Source: a virus (Duplodnaviria; Caudoviricetes). Taken from it: DNA of 64,000 nucleotides. Below are positions 18,904 through 30,707 of the stretch, one piece after another. A program made the translations under genes and the position numbers. The DNA lies in IMG/VR virus record IMGVR_UViG_3300014204_000172, positions 9,127 through 73,126 of that record; one strand, 5' to 3'. Each line of letters starts with the position of its first letter. Within the stretch, counting starts at the first letter, position 1. The notes under the pieces were generated by a model. The model was not told the origin of the DNA. It searched no databases and saw only the letters and a program-made list of their open reading frames with translations.

Positions 18904-18931
18904 ATTATAGTGACTTATAATTAATAATCAA
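18904..18931 (-). promoter_or_regulatory. Conserved phage promoter (copy 1)
   Basis: TTGATT-16-TATAAT followed by TAA. Confidence 0.75.
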
Positions 18932-18944
18932 GTATTTTCTTAAT

Positions 18945-19412
18945 TTATTTTAATAGTTTTTTTTCATCTAAAAGGGTAATTAATTTATCCCTCATAAATG
19001 AATAATTCTTAACTGGTAGTTCACAATCTTTAATTAAAAAGTCATAGATGATATTTAATTCAGTGCTTGTTGCTTCTCTCAATGATTCTTTGTTGATTAA
19101 TTTTAAATATATTTCCTTTTTTCTAAGCTCTAATCCTGTATTTTTGATTAATAAAAAGATTGTCTGCGTTAATTTGGTATAATTTGATTCTTCATCGACT
19201 ATTTCTACATTATTTAATAATCCTTCATTGATAACCATATCTCTAGCTTCATCCATGGTAAATATGCAAATAATGACTTCATTATTCCATAAGTCATCTA
19301 ATTCATGTAATTCTTGGGTCTGTCTTTTTCGATCAATCGTAAATGTAATTTCTTTAGATCCATCTTTAAAATTTTTGATTACTCCGACTGTAGCTTTTTT
19401 AATTTGTATCAT
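18945..19412 (-). CDS. Hypothetical protein
   Basis: 155-aa ORF coupled to the upstream gene. Confidence 0.55.
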   Translation of the reverse strand: MIQIKKATVGVIKNFKDGSKEITFTIDRKRQTQELHELDDLWNNEVIICIFTMDEARDMVINEGLLNNVEIVDEESNYTKLTQTIFLLIKNTGLELRKKEIYLKLINKESLREATSTELNIIYDFLIKDCELPVKNYSFMRDKLITLLDEKKLLK

Positions 19413-19414
19413 TA

Positions 19415-20275
19415 TTATTCCTTGTCATTGTTAAATAGAGAAACTTCTGGTTCTTCTATTCTTTCGATCTGTTTCAATAAATATTCCATTCTGCCTTTAA
19501 CTGTTTCTATAGTCCTTAAAATTGACCCACATTCCCCTAATGAGTTATTTAATTCAAGCTTGAATTGTTTGCTATTACGTTTAAAATCTCTGCTTTCTTC
19601 TTCCAGTTTTCTGACTAATTGTTGTTTATAACTATTCCATGTATGATTTTCATTTGTAAGTATTCCTGCTGATTCCAAGAACTTTTTTACTTCTTCATAT
19701 TGTTTGATTTGCTCTTCTAAGTTGTCGTTAGTATTTTTAATTTCTTCCAATTTCATCCAAAGTTTATGTCCGTAATTTTTACCCCAATATTGACCAAGTT
19801 TTTCATTCTGTAAATTAACAATCGCTTCTTTAATTCTTTCTTGTCTTGTCTTTGGTTTATCACTCAAAGCATTATCGGACAATCGATTGATTAATATTCC
19901 TAACAAAAAAGTAGAATCCAAAACTACTTCTCTGTAAGGACTTTTTTTCTTACATTGCATTGTTGTTAATTTTTCGGATATATAAAATAAACCAGCACTT
20001 TCCGGTACTTCTGAAATATTAATTAAATTGGTAGGACAAACGAAATAGAAGTTATTACAAGTCGTTAAATATCTCTGCCATTTATCATCTTGAATGAAAT
20101 CATGACGATTTACCTTAACTTCATACCCGGTTATTTGATCTTTGCCCCATGAAGGTTTTATCGACCAGGCATCTAGTCGACCTTTTTGTCCCGGGATATT
20201 TAATTCTGTAAAACAATGTTCTCCTCGATTCCTACATCGTTCATGGATAACTTTAGTAATATCTTGAGCTGTCAT
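19415..20275 (-). CDS. MmcB-like PD-(D/E)XK nuclease-fold protein with coiled-coil C-terminus
   Basis: RLDAWSI...GYEVKVNRHDFIQDDKWQRY...FYFVCP...PESAGL. Confidence 0.7.
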   Translation of the reverse strand: MTAQDITKVIHERCRNRGEHCFTELNIPGQKGRLDAWSIKPSWGKDQITGYEVKVNRHDFIQDDKWQRYLTTCNNFYFVCPTNLINISEVPESAGLFYISEKLTTMQCKKKSPYREVVLDSTFLLGILINRLSDNALSDKPKTRQERIKEAIVNLQNEKLGQYWGKNYGHKLWMKLEEIKNTNDNLEEQIKQYEEVKKFLESAGILTNENHTWNSYKQQLVRKLEEESRDFKRNSKQFKLELNNSLGECGSILRTIETVKGRMEYLLKQIERIEEPEVSLFNNDKE

Positions 20276-20784
20276 TTTTTCCTCTTGATGTAAGGAACAA
20301 TATAACAGTTAATTTTATTTTCTGCTTTGATCATTTTTAATTGTTGTTTAGTTACCATTTCTGGGTTATCGAAAATATTTCCAATTTTTTTGAAATATCT
20401 CAGTTCGCTTAATTCAACTGTTTCTCCTTCACTAGCTCCTCTAAGATGTTTTGCAATTCCTTTTGCCGTTAATAGTGTTAGTCCTTTATATGTAATATCT
20501 TCTTTATTCCATACAATTACTATTTGGTAATCATCTTGATCGAATGGATACAAATTGCTAGTTAATAAATCTCCCGGATATAATTCTTTATCTAACTGAT
20601 CTTTAGTATTGATATATTGACCAACTGTTATTGGATCTACTTCTGGTTCAAAATAAGAATCTTTTGAATGCTCGGTAATATAAAAATTTCCTTTAGTAGA
20701 TGCTGAGGTTTTTAAATCTCCAAAAATCCACTTATTTTCTCTTAAAGTTTTATGTAGTATTTTCCCTCTGTATTTACTAATCAT
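20272..20784 (-). CDS. YopX family protein
   Basis: KYRGK...WIFGDL...VDPITVGQYINTKD...IGNIFDNPE. Confidence 0.8.
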   Translation of the reverse strand: MISKYRGKILHKTLRENKWIFGDLKTSASTKGNFYITEHSKDSYFEPEVDPITVGQYINTKDQLDKELYPGDLLTSNLYPFDQDDYQIVIVWNKEDITYKGLTLLTAKGIAKHLRGASEGETVELSELRYFKKIGNIFDNPEMVTKQQLKMIKAENKINCYIVPYIKRKK

Positions 20785-20802
20785 TTCAATTTAATCCTTT
20801 CT

Positions 20803-23245
20803 CTATTTAACTTCTCTTTCTTTATTCTCGATGATTTCAACGTCAAAATATATATTCTTTGTTAATTCTCCAAAATACTTGTTTAAATGTTGCCAATATT
20901 CATGATCTTGATAAATAAACATGATAGATATACCAAAATTAGAAGGTTTAACTTTTAATCCTTTGTTAAAAGTCCAACCAGTAATTTCAACTTCTTCAAT
21001 TACCGATGAACCTAAATCGACTCCATTTTTAACTGCGTAATTATCCCATTCAAAAATAACATTAGGAAGTTGTGGATAGTTTTCTTTAATTTGTTCAACC
21101 GATAAATCTTTTATCTTCACTTTTTACCTCTTGCCATTCTGCATTGTATTGATAAAATCCTTCTGAATGATAGTCAGGTTCAGAATAAAGCCATTCTTTT
21201 TTTATTTTTCCTTCTCTAATATACCAATCAATCCAATCTTTTAATGTTTCTTGTTTTCTGAATTTTAAAATTAAAAAGTTTCTTATTTTTTTAAAAATAT
21301 TTATCATCATCTACTCCATATTGATGTAAATTTCATCACCATATTTTTCCCAATCTTTACCTAATTCTTCTAAGCTCCATGAATTTCTTATATCTTTTTT
21401 TGCATAATGACAACCTTGTAAACAATCCATTATTGTTAAACAATTCCAACAGCACATATTTTTTGAGTAAGGACAATTTGAAAATTTAAAATTACATTTT
21501 TTTGTATCTGTTTCATCTACTATATAGCAAATCATTTCCAAGTAACCTCAATTTCGATTTCTTGCTTTTTTTCTTCTGCATCTATATTTTTGGATGTTTC
21601 ACATTCCATCCAGCATCTACCAGATAAATTACATAATTGACAGCAAGTTGCTGTTTCGGCATTAGGTAAGTAGCAAATTCCTTCACAGGTTTTACCGGAA
21701 TAATGGCAAGCAGGAAACATTGAACTCATTTTGATTCCTTATTTCTTATTTTGTATGAATCTTTTTTACCAGAAAAAACATATTTATTATTGATACAAGT
21801 TAAATATCTTCCTCCTTCAGTAAATATTACAATTTCTTTATGATGCATTATTTTAGTTGTTGAAACTCCATAAGCTCTATTACACATTCCAGGCTTTCTA
21901 ACTATCTTTGCAGATTCATAAATTATTCCAGTAAACATTTCTATAGGCTGTTTCCAATCAATTTTTATTTTTTTCATTTTTTAAATCTTCTTTTAATCCA
22001 TGAATAATAAGTTAGTTTTTTGCCAGTAATTTTTGGCATATTAATTGCAATTACTAATTGACTGTATCTAGTTTCTTTTCCAAAATACCATGGATATATA
22101 AATTCATATTTGTGTAATTCTATCCATTGTTTTACTTTAAATGGCAAGTGCTTTTTCCCTCCATAATAAGTAAAAGTTTTTTGCCAATAGTTTTGATAAC
22201 TACTAAGAATCTTCATTTCTTACTCCTGATTAATTCTGAAAGCAATACAAAGATACAAACAATAATAAAGAATGTTATGTCTTTATCAATCATTTTCGAT
22301 CCAATCCATAAATTCTATTTTTAAGGTTTTTCATCGAATCATAAAATTTATGAGCGTCAACTTGTGTACTGTAATTCCAGTAATTTTTAGCTAATTCCTC
22401 GAATTGTTTTAAATCGCCTAAAAAATGGAATTGGCATCTTTTATTGTTTTCTCTTTCAATTTTTTCTATCTTGAAGTCTAAAGCTGTTAATAAAGAAGCG
22501 ATACCTATATCTGATGTAATATAATTCTCATTCATTTTTTTTCTCCTTGTTTTACTATTTTATATCCTTTTACTCTTAATGGGCAACCATTCTGACTTGG
22601 TAATTTAGTTGGATAAGAATTTCCAGAAGGTTCAGTATGTCCACCTCCAGCATTACAATACCATCCTATATCTTGATTAAAAATAAAAAGCTTACAATAC
22701 TTTTTTTGTATTTTTCCCGGTGCGCCAAATAAAGGTCCTTTATATCCATTAATACAATCTTTTAGGATTTTTTCATACTTTATATGTATCATTTTTATTT
22801 CCTGATTCATAAATAGTTACGTTCCACTCAAGGTTTTTTACAGTATTGGTTATTCCTAAACAATTACTTTTTAATGTTTCGGAAACCGAACCCATCCATA
22901 GATAAATTTTGCCATTATCTAAGATTAAAAAGCTCCCTCTTTTACCACCAGTAAATAGATATATCTGGTTCATCAAAAACTTTTGTTTTGTTTTTTTGAA
23001 CCAATCTCTTGAAGCTAGGAAGCCATGGATCATTTTCTTTTCCTATTCTTGGCTGCTGTTTTAGGTCTTTTGGTTACTCCATATTTTTTAGCTATTTTTA
23101 ATCGTTTTGTTACTGAGTGATGGCTCTGTTTTCTTTTACCTTTTAAAAAGGGGTCAATATTCTGTATTTGCTTAGTTTTTTTTATTTCTTCCATTCCTGC
23201 AATTAAGCCAGTAGTTAAAATTACTGCTGCTGTTTTGTTATCCAT
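20803..23245 (-). other. Cluster of small hypothetical accessory genes, several Cys-rich
   Basis: About ten ORFs of 65-105 aa, translationally coupled. Confidence 0.6.
22290..22535 (-). CDS. DUF5659-like small protein
   Basis: YITSDIGIASLLTALDFKIEKIER...RCQFHF pattern, recognised from memory of the family. Confidence 0.45.
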   Translation of the reverse strand: MNENYITSDIGIASLLTALDFKIEKIERENNKRCQFHFLGDLKQFEELAKNYWNYSTQVDAHKFYDSMKNLKNRIYGLDRK

Positions 23246-24105
23246 GGTATGTACCTCATTTCTTTAATTTTGTCTAAATCACTTCTTGAATAACTTTTAA
23301 TCAAACTAGAACCATCACAATTGGTAGAGTCAATATTTTTAATAATACTATCCTTTAGAAATATATGTTCGTTTACTATACTGATTCCTTTGATAGCTTG
23401 GACCATATCGATATTTAAAAAGTCAGGATGCCCGGAATTATTTAAAGCACCCATAATTATCCAGTCAATATCTTCCAATCCAAAAGTGTATATATCGTTA
23501 AAATTCAACATAGGTTCATAGCTAACAAATGTATTTACTCTATATTTTCTTTTCAATTCGTTGAGTAAATCTACTCTCATCATATCTTTTTCTAAAAAGT
23601 TTGTTTCAATAGTTGAGCCAAACCAAAAGTATTCTCTATATATATAAGATGTGGCTGGATCGTTTTGTAATCTAGCCATTACTCTTAAATATCCTTCTGG
23701 ATTTTTCGTTAAAAATAAAAATCTATGAGGCTTTTTACTATTCAATACTCGTTCAATATTAATTTTCATACAAGATTTAATAACTTTTGATCCTAAATTT
23801 TGATAGATTATTTCAGGATTTTCTTTATCTATCCAATCGCAATTTGAAAAATAATCACCCATAGAACCCGGGAAAATAACTGTTTCCTTTTTCTTTTTGA
23901 TGATTACTTCTATATCTTCTTTTAATCTTTTTTCTGAATGAGTTGGTTTGAATCCATAGGGATAAATTTTCGGGAATCTTTTTGCCATTTTTCTAGCAAA
24001 GCAATAAAAACATTCGTTTATACATCCAGTTGCAAAATTCCAAGTAAATCCCGGTTTGCCTTGACTATCTAGGACCCATTCGATAGTTGTCTGATTGTTA
24101 ACTAT
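23221..24105 (-). CDS. DUF5131 (phage Gp37/Gp68-like) radical SAM protein, probable ATA start
   Basis: In-frame extension upstream of the tracked ORF: IVNNQTTIEWV...TWNFATGCINECFYCFA. Downstream motifs FLFLTKNP, WFGSTIE, FVSYEPML and IDWIIMG. Confidence 0.75.
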   Translation of the reverse strand: MVNNQTTIEWVLDSQGKPGFTWNFATGCINECFYCFARKMAKRFPKIYPYGFKPTHSEKRLKEDIEVIIKKKKETVIFPGSMGDYFSNCDWIDKENPEIIYQNLGSKVIKSCMKINIERVLNSKKPHRFLFLTKNPEGYLRVMARLQNDPATSYIYREYFWFGSTIETNFLEKDMMRVDLLNELKRKYRVNTFVSYEPMLNFNDIYTFGLEDIDWIIMGALNNSGHPDFLNIDMVQAIKGISIVNEHIFLKDSIIKNIDSTNCDGSSLIKSYSRSDLDKIKEMRYIPWITKQQQ

Positions 24106-24771
24106 TTCTTTTTCTCCTTCCTGACTTTAATGGACATTTAGAACATTCAACTTTAGACGGAATGCACATCGAGCATGGATAAATAGATTTTCCACAGCTA
24201 GGGCATTTTTGAATAACAAACGATACAGCTAATTCTACTTCAATTCCACATTTCGGGCATAACTCATTGACTACTTCATAAGGATAATATTGATGCAATG
24301 TATCTTTATTACTCATGATTACTTAGGACTCCTTATTAACTATTTCGATCGTGCAAAATTGTCTTCTACAAGGAATTTCATCGCCACCTTTCCAATCTTC
24401 TGAACTTCCTTTAACATATTCGTTTTTAGTTAATTTTATAGGATAGAAATCGATATTTTCTGTATCAAAATCAGTAGTAACTATAGCTAAAAAAGTTCCT
24501 TTTCTGTTATGCCTAACTTTTATTATTGTTCCTTTTTTGATAAGCATTACTTCTCCTTATTAAATTGACTTGCTTGTAATGATAGCCAGATATTATATGG
24601 ATTTTTAACTGGTTTTTGTGTTAATAAATAGTCTCCATAATCTTCTAAAGGTGTTAATTCATGATTTATTTTTGTTACCACATAATTATCATCAGTTATT
24701 TTTACCAAACCATGATCTTTAGTAACTCCTTGTTCTTCGTGAAAAGTATAGAGATATTTATATCGGTTCAT
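24098..24771 (-). other. Three small hypothetical genes, one with a Zn-ribbon (CPKC...CPSC...CSMC)
   Basis: ORFs 24098..24316, 24323..24547 and 24547..24771. Confidence 0.55.
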
Positions 24772-25181
24772 TTTTCTTTCACCAATTCCGAATTATCAAA
24801 AATATTTCCAACCATTCTAGGGTTGAAATCATCTTTGTTATTCATGATATATCTCAAATAAGTTCCGGTCCAAGTGATTCCTTTTGGATTTCTAACTTTG
24901 AATGAACCTTCTTTAAATTCAACAACCAGAAACACTAAATCTTTTGGTGATTTATCTTCAATGGTTATGATATCGTTTTCATGTATATATTTCTTGTCGA
25001 TATCTCTCCATTCGGAATAAATTGATACGGTTTTTGGATCTACTTTTATACAATACCATGATTCCATGGTTGCTGTTGGAATCATGATTGCTGTTTCTTC
25101 TCCGAATATATTACCATACCCATAAATCCATTCACCTTTTGTATCCTCTTCAATGCTTTTTCCTTTAACCTTTGGTATCAT
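24768..25181 (-). CDS. YopX family protein (second copy)
   Basis: WIYG...VDPKTVSIYSEWRDIDKKYIHENDII...VGNIFDNSEL. Confidence 0.75.
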   Translation of the reverse strand: MIPKVKGKSIEEDTKGEWIYGYGNIFGEETAIMIPTATMESWYCIKVDPKTVSIYSEWRDIDKKYIHENDIITIEDKSPKDLVFLVVEFKEGSFKVRNPKGITWTGTYLRYIMNNKDDFNPRMVGNIFDNSELVKEK

Positions 25182-25677
25182 TTTTATCTCCTAAAAGTTC
25201 GGATTCCATCTTAATCATGGTTTTAAATAAAACATCTGAAATTTCCACTACGTCAAAACTATTTACTAATCCTATCAAAGGAAAACTAATTGTCTGCTCT
25301 TCTCTAGTCAAAATAGCTCCATGATGGATCCTAGATCCATTTTTTCTAAAATCCCATGTGCATTCAGTATTGCTAAATTTTACTGGATTGACTAGCTTAA
25401 ATGTATCCCGCTTATTGAATATTGTAATTCTTTTCATTGATACAACTCTTTACTATTTTTTACTAACCTCTCAATTAAACTCAATGCTTCTTCTCCTTTT
25501 GTTTTAAAAATAAAATCATGTAATGTTTCATTCTCGGGAATAGTTAAAAATTCATCTAACTTAAAAAGGTCAAATTCTTCTAAATCGGAGCATTCCATTA
25601 ATACTGTATCTTTGAAAAAGTTGATGTCTTTTCCAAATAACTTTAAAAATTTATCTCTGGTATCTTTACTCCATAAT

Positions 25678-26505
25678 TTAGGCATTTGTTTTGCCCTCCA
25701 AAATATACCGTAATGCTCTCTCAGCTTGACTAGCTGATTTGATGAATAGATATTTATCCTCTTTTACTGCTGTTGACCATCCATTGATATAATTAGCAGC
25801 CATGTTGATTGGAAAAGGTATTTCGGATAGTTCTAATAAATAAGAAGCTCCCATCTCAGCTATCATTTCCTCTCTACTATATTCTTCCTTAGTCGGTCTC
25901 TTATCGCTAATGCATCTATTTAATCTTGATTCATGCCCGGTAGAATGAATTAACTCATGGAATAAAGCTTCATAATAGGCATCTTGAGTGACAAATCTAT
26001 TAATAGGTGGTATTCCTATATAATCTCCAACCGGTGCATAATAACCATCGTTGTCTGTTCTGATTTCCGGGCAATCTTTGTAATTGTTGATTATTGATTC
26101 GGCGTTAATGTTTTTCTCAATTCCTGTATCTTCTATAGGTTTTAGTAGTTTTATATCCACTTCACATTGTTTTACATTAAATACCGTGTAACTTTCTAAT
26201 AGTGGTATTGTTTCTTTTTTGTCGTCTTTTTTGATTTCGATAGGTTTCCAAAAAATGATGGTTGTTCCTTTTTCTTTAGCTAATACATGACCATTGATTT
26301 TTTTGACTTGATTGAATGTTAACCATCTAGGATCCTCGTAACCTTTCATAGCCAAAATAAATATATTAATTCCATGATATGAATAATCAGTAACCCCATT
26401 TTTAAGGTTTAAGGATAGCCATCTTTTTTTCCAAGGAATTGTACCTTCCTCGATTGCTTCTAAGATTTGTTGATTAATTTTTTGTATAATCTCATCTGTT
26501 CTCAT
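25678..26505 (-). CDS. ardC: ArdC-like antirestriction ssDNA-binding protein with zincin-like domain
   Basis: IPWKKRW, YHGIN, WLTFNQ, GTTIIFW, YTVFNV, HELIHSTGH and YSREEMIAEMGA motifs. Confidence 0.88.
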   Translation of the reverse strand: MRTDEIIQKINQQILEAIEEGTIPWKKRWLSLNLKNGVTDYSYHGINIFILAMKGYEDPRWLTFNQVKKINGHVLAKEKGTTIIFWKPIEIKKDDKKETIPLLESYTVFNVKQCEVDIKLLKPIEDTGIEKNINAESIINNYKDCPEIRTDNDGYYAPVGDYIGIPPINRFVTQDAYYEALFHELIHSTGHESRLNRCISDKRPTKEEYSREEMIAEMGASYLLELSEIPFPINMAANYINGWSTAVKEDKYLFIKSASQAERALRYILEGKTNA

Positions 26506-26550
26506 TTATTCATCCTTTTTTCATTTTTTTTCATCTTCATCTTACCATTA

Positions 26551-26578
26551 ATTATAGGTATTTATCTTAATTAATCAA
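26551..26578 (-). promoter_or_regulatory. Conserved phage promoter (copy 2), upstream of ardC
   Basis: TTGATT-16-TATAAT followed by TAA. Confidence 0.75.
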
Positions 26579-26864
26579 ATATTATTTTATTACTAAATTA
26601 TTCATTAACTCTTTATATCTAGCATTAAATTCATCAATAGTAAAAAGATCATTGCAATTACAAAAATCTTCAAAGGTTCTTTCATCTTCTGAACCTTGCC
26701 AAACGAATGATTTACCAAATGCTTCCAAAGCTGTTTGTTTATGTAATTTATTCATATTGTATCGAAAGAATTTATCACTATTTAATCGATAGTTAACCAA
26801 GTTGTCTTGAATAATCGATATAAATCCTTCATGGCAAAACTTTATCTTTTGTTGGATTAAATTG

Positions 26865-27131
26865 CTAAAAATCAAAAGCTGAACCCCAGAAAATCCTTCT
26901 GTCTTCTTCGTCTTGGTTAGAAAAAGTTCTTCTTTTAACTACTTTATTATTTCTACTAATCCAATCTTTCCATAATTTCTCAAATTCTATAGGATCATTA
27001 TGGTATAGCCACATTCCAAAGTATTTTGTATTGTTAGGTACTTTTCCACCATCTCTTCGATAGAATCCATTAGGAACGCCTTTTCTGTTTAGATTCTTTA
27101 TAAATGCCATTCTTGTTAATTTATTTTTCAT
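26865..27131 (-). CDS. Hypothetical protein, paralog of 27134..27343
   Basis: GVPNGFYRRDGGKVPNNTKYFGMWLY. Confidence 0.6.
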   Translation of the reverse strand: MKNKLTRMAFIKNLNRKGVPNGFYRRDGGKVPNNTKYFGMWLYHNDPIEFEKLWKDWISRNNKVVKRRTFSNQDEEDRRIFWGSAFDF

Positions 27132-27133
27132 TA

Positions 27134-27343
27134 TTACAACCGTCCTTGTATGTGCATTTTGTATGTATCGAATGCTGTATCAAATCTAACTCGATTATTT
27201 ACATAAAGCCAAATACCGTATCTTTTAGTTCTATTCGGTATTTTTCCTCCAAATCTTCTTAACTGATCTGCCGGAACACCCAATCCATCTAAATACTTTA
27301 TGAATTGTTTTTGCGTTATTGATTTTCTTGTTTTACCAATCAT
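27134..27343 (-). CDS. Hypothetical protein, paralog of 26865..27131
   Basis: GVPADQLRRFGGKIPNRTKRYGIWLY. Confidence 0.6.
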   Translation of the reverse strand: MIGKTRKSITQKQFIKYLDGLGVPADQLRRFGGKIPNRTKRYGIWLYVNNRVRFDTAFDTYKMHIQGRL

Positions 27344-27348
27344 TTTTA

Positions 27349-30237
27349 CTACTCCTTTTCTTCTTCATCTTCATTAATTCTATCAATAGCATACTTTAAG
27401 CCAACCTGAGCTAAAGGATGATAATCGCCTTTTTCTGCTGCTTCTTGATAAATCTTAATTCCTGCTTCCAATTTCTTTATCAGCTTGTTCTTGTAGTGAT
27501 TATGAATAATTAACAACTGATCCAAACAATAAGTGCTGATTTCTCCATTATCTTTTAATAACTGAACATCACTTTTGAAGCTCATCTTTACTCTCCTTTA
27601 TTTCTTTAGGACAACCATCTTTTGGTGGGAATAAATATACAAATTTACCTTTATTTCTGTAATAATATGTCAATTGTTTTTTGTTATCTCCACAAGTAAA
27701 AAATCTTACTCTCCAAATCCATTGAAATTCAGCAAATCCACATTGCGAACAAGAAACTATTTTTCTCTTTTTTCCAAGTGAATCAATGATATAAAATTTT
27801 GGTCTTTCTTTGATTGTCATTCTTTTCCTTCTTTTTTATTATTGTTGTAATCACAATGTTTTTGACATTCTTCTAAAGTGCTGTAAATATTCGGATAGTG
27901 AGTTATCAATGGATCAAACTTATCTCTTATCTTGTTATTATTTTTAAAAGATACTGTTTCTAATTGATTGTCTTTATAGGTATTTGAGATATTACTAAAT
28001 CTTGCTACCAAAGAAAATGGTTGACTATTGCTTTTTGTAATGTCTAAATCAAATAATTCCAATTTAATGGGATAATAAGTACAAATAGTTTTTGCACATT
28101 CACAATCAGCTTGTATTGAGTTACCATTAATTGCTGTATATGTTATTTTTCTGGAACCATCACATAAATTGCATTTTTCTTTTTTTGTATATTTAATTTC
28201 TACTCCCCAACAAATACCAAATAAATCTTTGGTTGCTTCTTTAAATTTCATACGTAAAAAGTTACTTTCCAAATCTTGTTTTTCTTGATTCAATAGATAT
28301 TTTAAATCACTAATTTCTCTTTCCTTTGTTCGATATTCTTGAACTGTTTTAGTTAGTTCTATATTCTCTTTCTGTATTTGTTCGTAATATTCTTTTACAT
28401 GAGATTTAATCGCTACTAATACTTTTGACTCAAATTCTCTCGCTAATTCATTTAATACATCTTCCTCAAAATTACTTTCTTCAAATTCTTCAAAGTCTAA
28501 ATTATCCATCTTACTCCTCAACTAAATTTTCTTTGATTACTTCTAACAATTCCTCTTCTGATTGAGCGATTACTTTTCCACATTCAGGACATTCAAATAA
28601 ATCGTAACCATCATTAGATAATATATTCTTATAGGTAACAATTAACTTTTCATCAACCGTTACTTCTTGAGTAGCGTTTCCGCAAGGATTAAAATCAACA
28701 TGATTAATAATAGCTAAACAAGCAGGACAATTAAATTTTTTATTCATCTAAATCCTCTTCCTCTGATTCTTCATATAAAATACTTTGTTTGGTTAATTCT
28801 CTGCAGATAGGACAAATCATTGAATCTCTACTTTTAGTCCAGTTTTTTTCTTCTGTTGAGTCTCCACAAATAGGACAAGTTAAATAAACTTTCATTTTAA
28901 ATTTTTAATTTCCTCTCGTAAATCTTTTAATGCCTTAATTCTGGATGATATATCAACAGCATTCATACAATAATCATAATCCCATTTTTCGATTACTTTT
29001 ATTTTGTCTGTAGGTCCATAGACTTCTTCATTATTAAGATCATGAATTGTTATTTCCATTAGCTGAGAATATTGTATTTCTAAAGCTTTATTAATCTTAG
29101 CTAATACATCTTTTTTTCTCATTTAGATTCCTCATATTCGCTATCTAAAATTATTCTCCTCATGTGAGCTGCTGGATCGTTGCTAGGTGGAATAGGTGAA
29201 TAATTTTTAAAGCAGTCTTCCTCTTTTGTTTCCCGGATAATGTGTTTGATACAATCTATACATACTTTGGGATTTCCTCTACCTCTTTTAGTCGGCTCAT
29301 AATTTAAGAAATTGTTTATACAAGTGTCACAAGTTTTCATATTGAATCCTTTCATTGGTTATGAGTACATTCCCATCCGATTTTATCCAATTCTTCCTCT
29401 TCCAATTCTTTATTTATTTCTTCTAAAGAGCTTTCACAAAATTCTTCATAAAACCATAAACTATCACAGCAAGAAGTTTTTAAAGTTTTTTTGTTTTGTA
29501 TTAATCTGCCATAAAAACTATAGTTGTTATTTTCTCTTGCGAATCCAACAAAATATCCTTTGTATTTATGTCGAAAGATTCTAGTTAATTTAAAGTCTGG
29601 TGTAGGAGCTATACCTGCCAAAGTTTTTTCTATCGCTGTTTTTCTCATTTTAAATTTTTATTTCTAGAAATAATACTGCTGCATCATATTTTGATTGATG
29701 ACTCATCGAATTATCTGCAATTATTTTGTCTTTTTGCTCTTTTATTTTAACTGCATATTTTAATTCTAAATAATTATTTATTTTTTCTAATATCTCAAAA
29801 TAAAGAAGATCATCCGGCGTAATACATTCATTTTGAATACAATCATTTTCTTTTCCATCGTTTATATCTATCCACCATTGATTAGATTCTTCTTCTCGAA
29901 ATATTAAGAATTTATCTTCTTTTATTTGATTCAATGAAACTCCATTTTCCCATAATTGACAACCCATTAAATCTGTGTGTAATTGATTAAATTTTTCATA
30001 AATCAATTTGTTTTTTAAGTTTGGATCCGGCACTACAGTAATTCCATATTTCTTGAATCGATAATCCGGTAACTCTGGATAAGTAAAGAAGTGTTGCCAT
30101 CTTTCAAAAGACCTACCTTTTGCTAAATCGTAACAATGGTCGATAGTAAATGTTAAAATTTCTCCATCTTTGACCATTTCCTTCAAACCAACTTTAAGAT
30201 CAGCTAATTCATCTGTAGAATTAAATTTTATTTTCAT
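27349..30237 (-). other. Cluster of hypothetical accessory genes, several with Zn-ribbon CxxC pairs
   Basis: Eight tracked ORFs of 76-234 aa with RBSs and coupled start/stop codons. Confidence 0.6.
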
Positions 30238-30251
30238 TTTACTACTCCTTA

Positions 30252-30707
30252 TTAATAATCGTCAGGAAACATAATTGTTACAGCTTGTCTAAATCCTGTA
30301 TCCAAGAAAGCATCGGCAATAATCCATATTTTCATTGATTCATCTACAGGGTGCTCGTAGGATGCCAAAATTCTTTCTCCACTAAATAAACATTCATCAT
30401 TAGATTCTAAATCTTCCTGATGCATATTTCCCCAATCTAATTGAAGAAATCTTTCTATACAATTTCTTACAAAAAGATAAAATCCAGCATCTTTTTGGGT
30501 TTTAATTGATATATCTTTTGTCGCTACTTGTGGAGCATGTGCCAAAGTATTTCTAAGAAATCTTAACTCAGTATCCACTAATCCAAAGTTTTCTTCTGTT
30601 CTGTCGAATTTAGGTCTAATCTGTTCTAATCGTTCTAAGGTTTCTTTTAATAACTCTTCATTAACCATTAGTAATCCTCGCTTCTTGAAAGTCCTCTGAA
30701 TTTTCAA
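30252..30707 (-). CDS. Plasmid/phage conserved protein with C-terminal T-x-x-x-P-x-(D/E)-Y motif
   Basis: RFLQLDWGNM...DLESND...GERILASY...IWIIAD...VTIMFPDDY. Confidence 0.55.
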   Translation of the reverse strand: MKIQRTFKKRGLLMVNEELLKETLERLEQIRPKFDRTEENFGLVDTELRFLRNTLAHAPQVATKDISIKTQKDAGFYLFVRNCIERFLQLDWGNMHQEDLESNDECLFSGERILASYEHPVDESMKIWIIADAFLDTGFRQAVTIMFPDDY

